DNA from: a virus
Taxonomy: Duplodnaviria > Caudoviricetes
DNA: 25,374 nucleotides
Virus record (IMG/VR): IMGVR_UViG_3300035148_000299
Span: 1-25,374 of that record
Reading direction: 5' to 3' (one strand)
The first letter of the stretch is position 1; each line of letters begins with the position of its first letter. Positions 24,015 through 25,374 of the stretch are shown here, piece by piece. The position numbers and the translations under genes are program-made. The notes beneath the pieces were generated by a model. The model was not told where the DNA came from. It made no database searches and was given only the letters and a program-made list of their open reading frames with translations.

Positions 24015-25178
24015 ATGAGTCTATATCCGCACCAGAAGAAAGCTCTTGGCGAATTGAAGAACGGGTCCATCTTGAACGGTGGAGTTGGTTCGGGAAAGAC
24101 CAAAGTAGCTATAGCATATTACATGGAGAAAGAAGCTCCGAAGGATATATATGTAATAACCACTGCCAAGAAGCGGGACTCTCTAGACTGGTCCAGAGAA
24201 GCAGCCATATTTGGGATCGGAAGGACTAAAGACACTAGTCTTGGCGGGGTGCTCACTGTAGACAGTTGGAATAACATTGGGAAGTACAAGGATGTGAAGG
24301 GTGCGTTCTTCATATTCGACGAGCAGAGACTCGTAGGATCCGGGGCCTGGACAAAGGCTTTCCTCAAGATCGCTAAGCAGAACCATTGGATATTGTTGAG
24401 TGCTACTCCTGGGGATACTTGGATGGATTATGTTCCGGTGTTTCTTGCGAACGGGTTCTTCCATAACAGGACGCACTTCGTCAAATCTCATGTCGTCTTT
24501 AACAATTACAGCAAATTCCCGAAGATCGATCGGTATGTGAACACTAAAGTTTTGGAGAGGTATAGGGACAAGATATTGGTAGAGATGCCTTACAAGAAGC
24601 ATACGACGAGAGTGATGCACACGGTTCCTGTAGAGTACGACAAGACTCGTTATAATCTGGCTATAAAGACGAGATGGAACCCTTTCTTGAACAGGCCTAT
24701 TCGGCAGATCTCTGAATTGTTCGTGGTCTTGCGGAGGATCATGAATCAAGACCCATCCCGGCTTTCTACTATCAGGGCTTTGCTGAAAGAGCACAGGAAG
24801 GCAATCATATTCTATAACTTCGATTACGAGTTGGAGGAATTGCGGAAGCTTAGTGGGGAGCATGAGGTTGCTGAATGGAATGGTCATAAGCACGAACCTA
24901 TCCCTTCCAGTGACTCGTGGGTATATCTTGTGCAATATGCTTCCGGGTCTGAGGGCTGGAATTGTGTAGAGACAAACGTCGTCATATTCTACAGCTTGAC
25001 CTATTCGTACAAAATGTTCGAGCAAGCTTTGGGGAGGATCGATAGACTTGACACAAGTTTCGAGACGCTTCACTACTACATTTTGACATCAGATTCGCCA
25101 CTCGATAGAGCTATTGGAGAAGCTTTAGGACAGAAAAAGAACTTCAACGAAAGGGTATTGAAACCGAGGTCTTATTGA
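24015..25178 (+). CDS. Superfamily 2 DNA helicase
   Basis: GGVGSGKT (I), IFDEQ (II), LSATP (III), SGSEGWN (V), QALGRIDR (VI). Confidence 0.88.
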   Translation: MSLYPHQKKALGELKNGSILNGGVGSGKTKVAIAYYMEKEAPKDIYVITTAKKRDSLDWSREAAIFGIGRTKDTSLGGVLTVDSWNNIGKYKDVKGAFFIFDEQRLVGSGAWTKAFLKIAKQNHWILLSATPGDTWMDYVPVFLANGFFHNRTHFVKSHVVFNNYSKFPKIDRYVNTKVLERYRDKILVEMPYKKHTTRVMHTVPVEYDKTRYNLAIKTRWNPFLNRPIRQISELFVVLRRIMNQDPSRLSTIRALLKEHRKAIIFYNFDYELEELRKLSGEHEVAEWNGHKHEPIPSSDSWVYLVQYASGSEGWNCVETNVVIFYSLTYSYKMFEQALGRIDRLDTSFETLHYYILTSDSPLDRAIGEALGQKKNFNERVLKPRSY

Positions 25179-25374
25179 GAAGTCTTATTGAAAACTTGTA
25201 TTATCTTATTAACGATGTAAAATAAGAGCCATTTTCCGTCATTTTTCCCGTCAAATCCACAAAAAAACGCAATTAATAATGTAAAAAAGTTTCAATAAGA
25301 TAATATAACCGTCAAAAATCATACTAATACCTTATTTATCTATACGCGCGAGAGAAGTAATATTATCTTATTAA
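25169..25374. repeat. AT-rich non-coding region with direct and inverted TCTTATT repeats (candidate origin)
   Basis: GTCTTATTGA x2 (25169, 25182), TATTATCTTATTAA x2 (25199, 25361), inverted TTCAATAAGATAATA (25291), CCGTCA x3. Confidence 0.5.

Noticed and set aside
18840-25073. Minus-strand ORFs of 218-296 aa opposite the polymerase and helicase
   Set aside because: They fully overlap well-supported + strand genes and have no recognisable domains.

Overview
Fragment of a long-tailed dsDNA phage (siphovirus-type Caudoviricetes) with all credible genes on the + strand. Gene content resembles, from memory and not from a database search, the ReqiPepy6/ReqiPoco6-like actinobacteriophage group. Bases 1-10.6 kb are a tail/lysis module: the 3' end of a tail chaperone, two tail-tube-like paralogs, a putative adhesion protein, an M23 peptidase lysin, an HK97 gp10-like protein, tape measure, Dit, a Gp37-like hub and a 2-TM protein. 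Bases 10.6-25.2 kb are an early/replication region with two DUF6353-like paralogs, a 1248-aa helicase-primase-exonuclease-PolB fusion, a probable SSB and an SF2 helicase, ending in an AT-rich repeat-containing non-coding stretch. The most striking feature is a system of 11 stand-alone expression cassettes. Each has a conserved upstream element (TCGCGT-N13-TATAAT-GAGAACCCAACCGAAAGGA), one small cargo and a closing hairpin. In 10 of 11 the hairpin is the TAAGACC-loop-GGTCTTA type (nine identical, one variant). Five dispersed cassettes carry small membrane proteins and five tandem cassettes carry divergent paralogous small proteins. One cassette has no ORF, only a G-free AACTT/AACCAT repeat tract (candidate ~100-nt sRNA). 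Its repeated 8-mer is complementary to the 3' arm of the nine canonical hairpins, and its own hairpin lacks that exact site.
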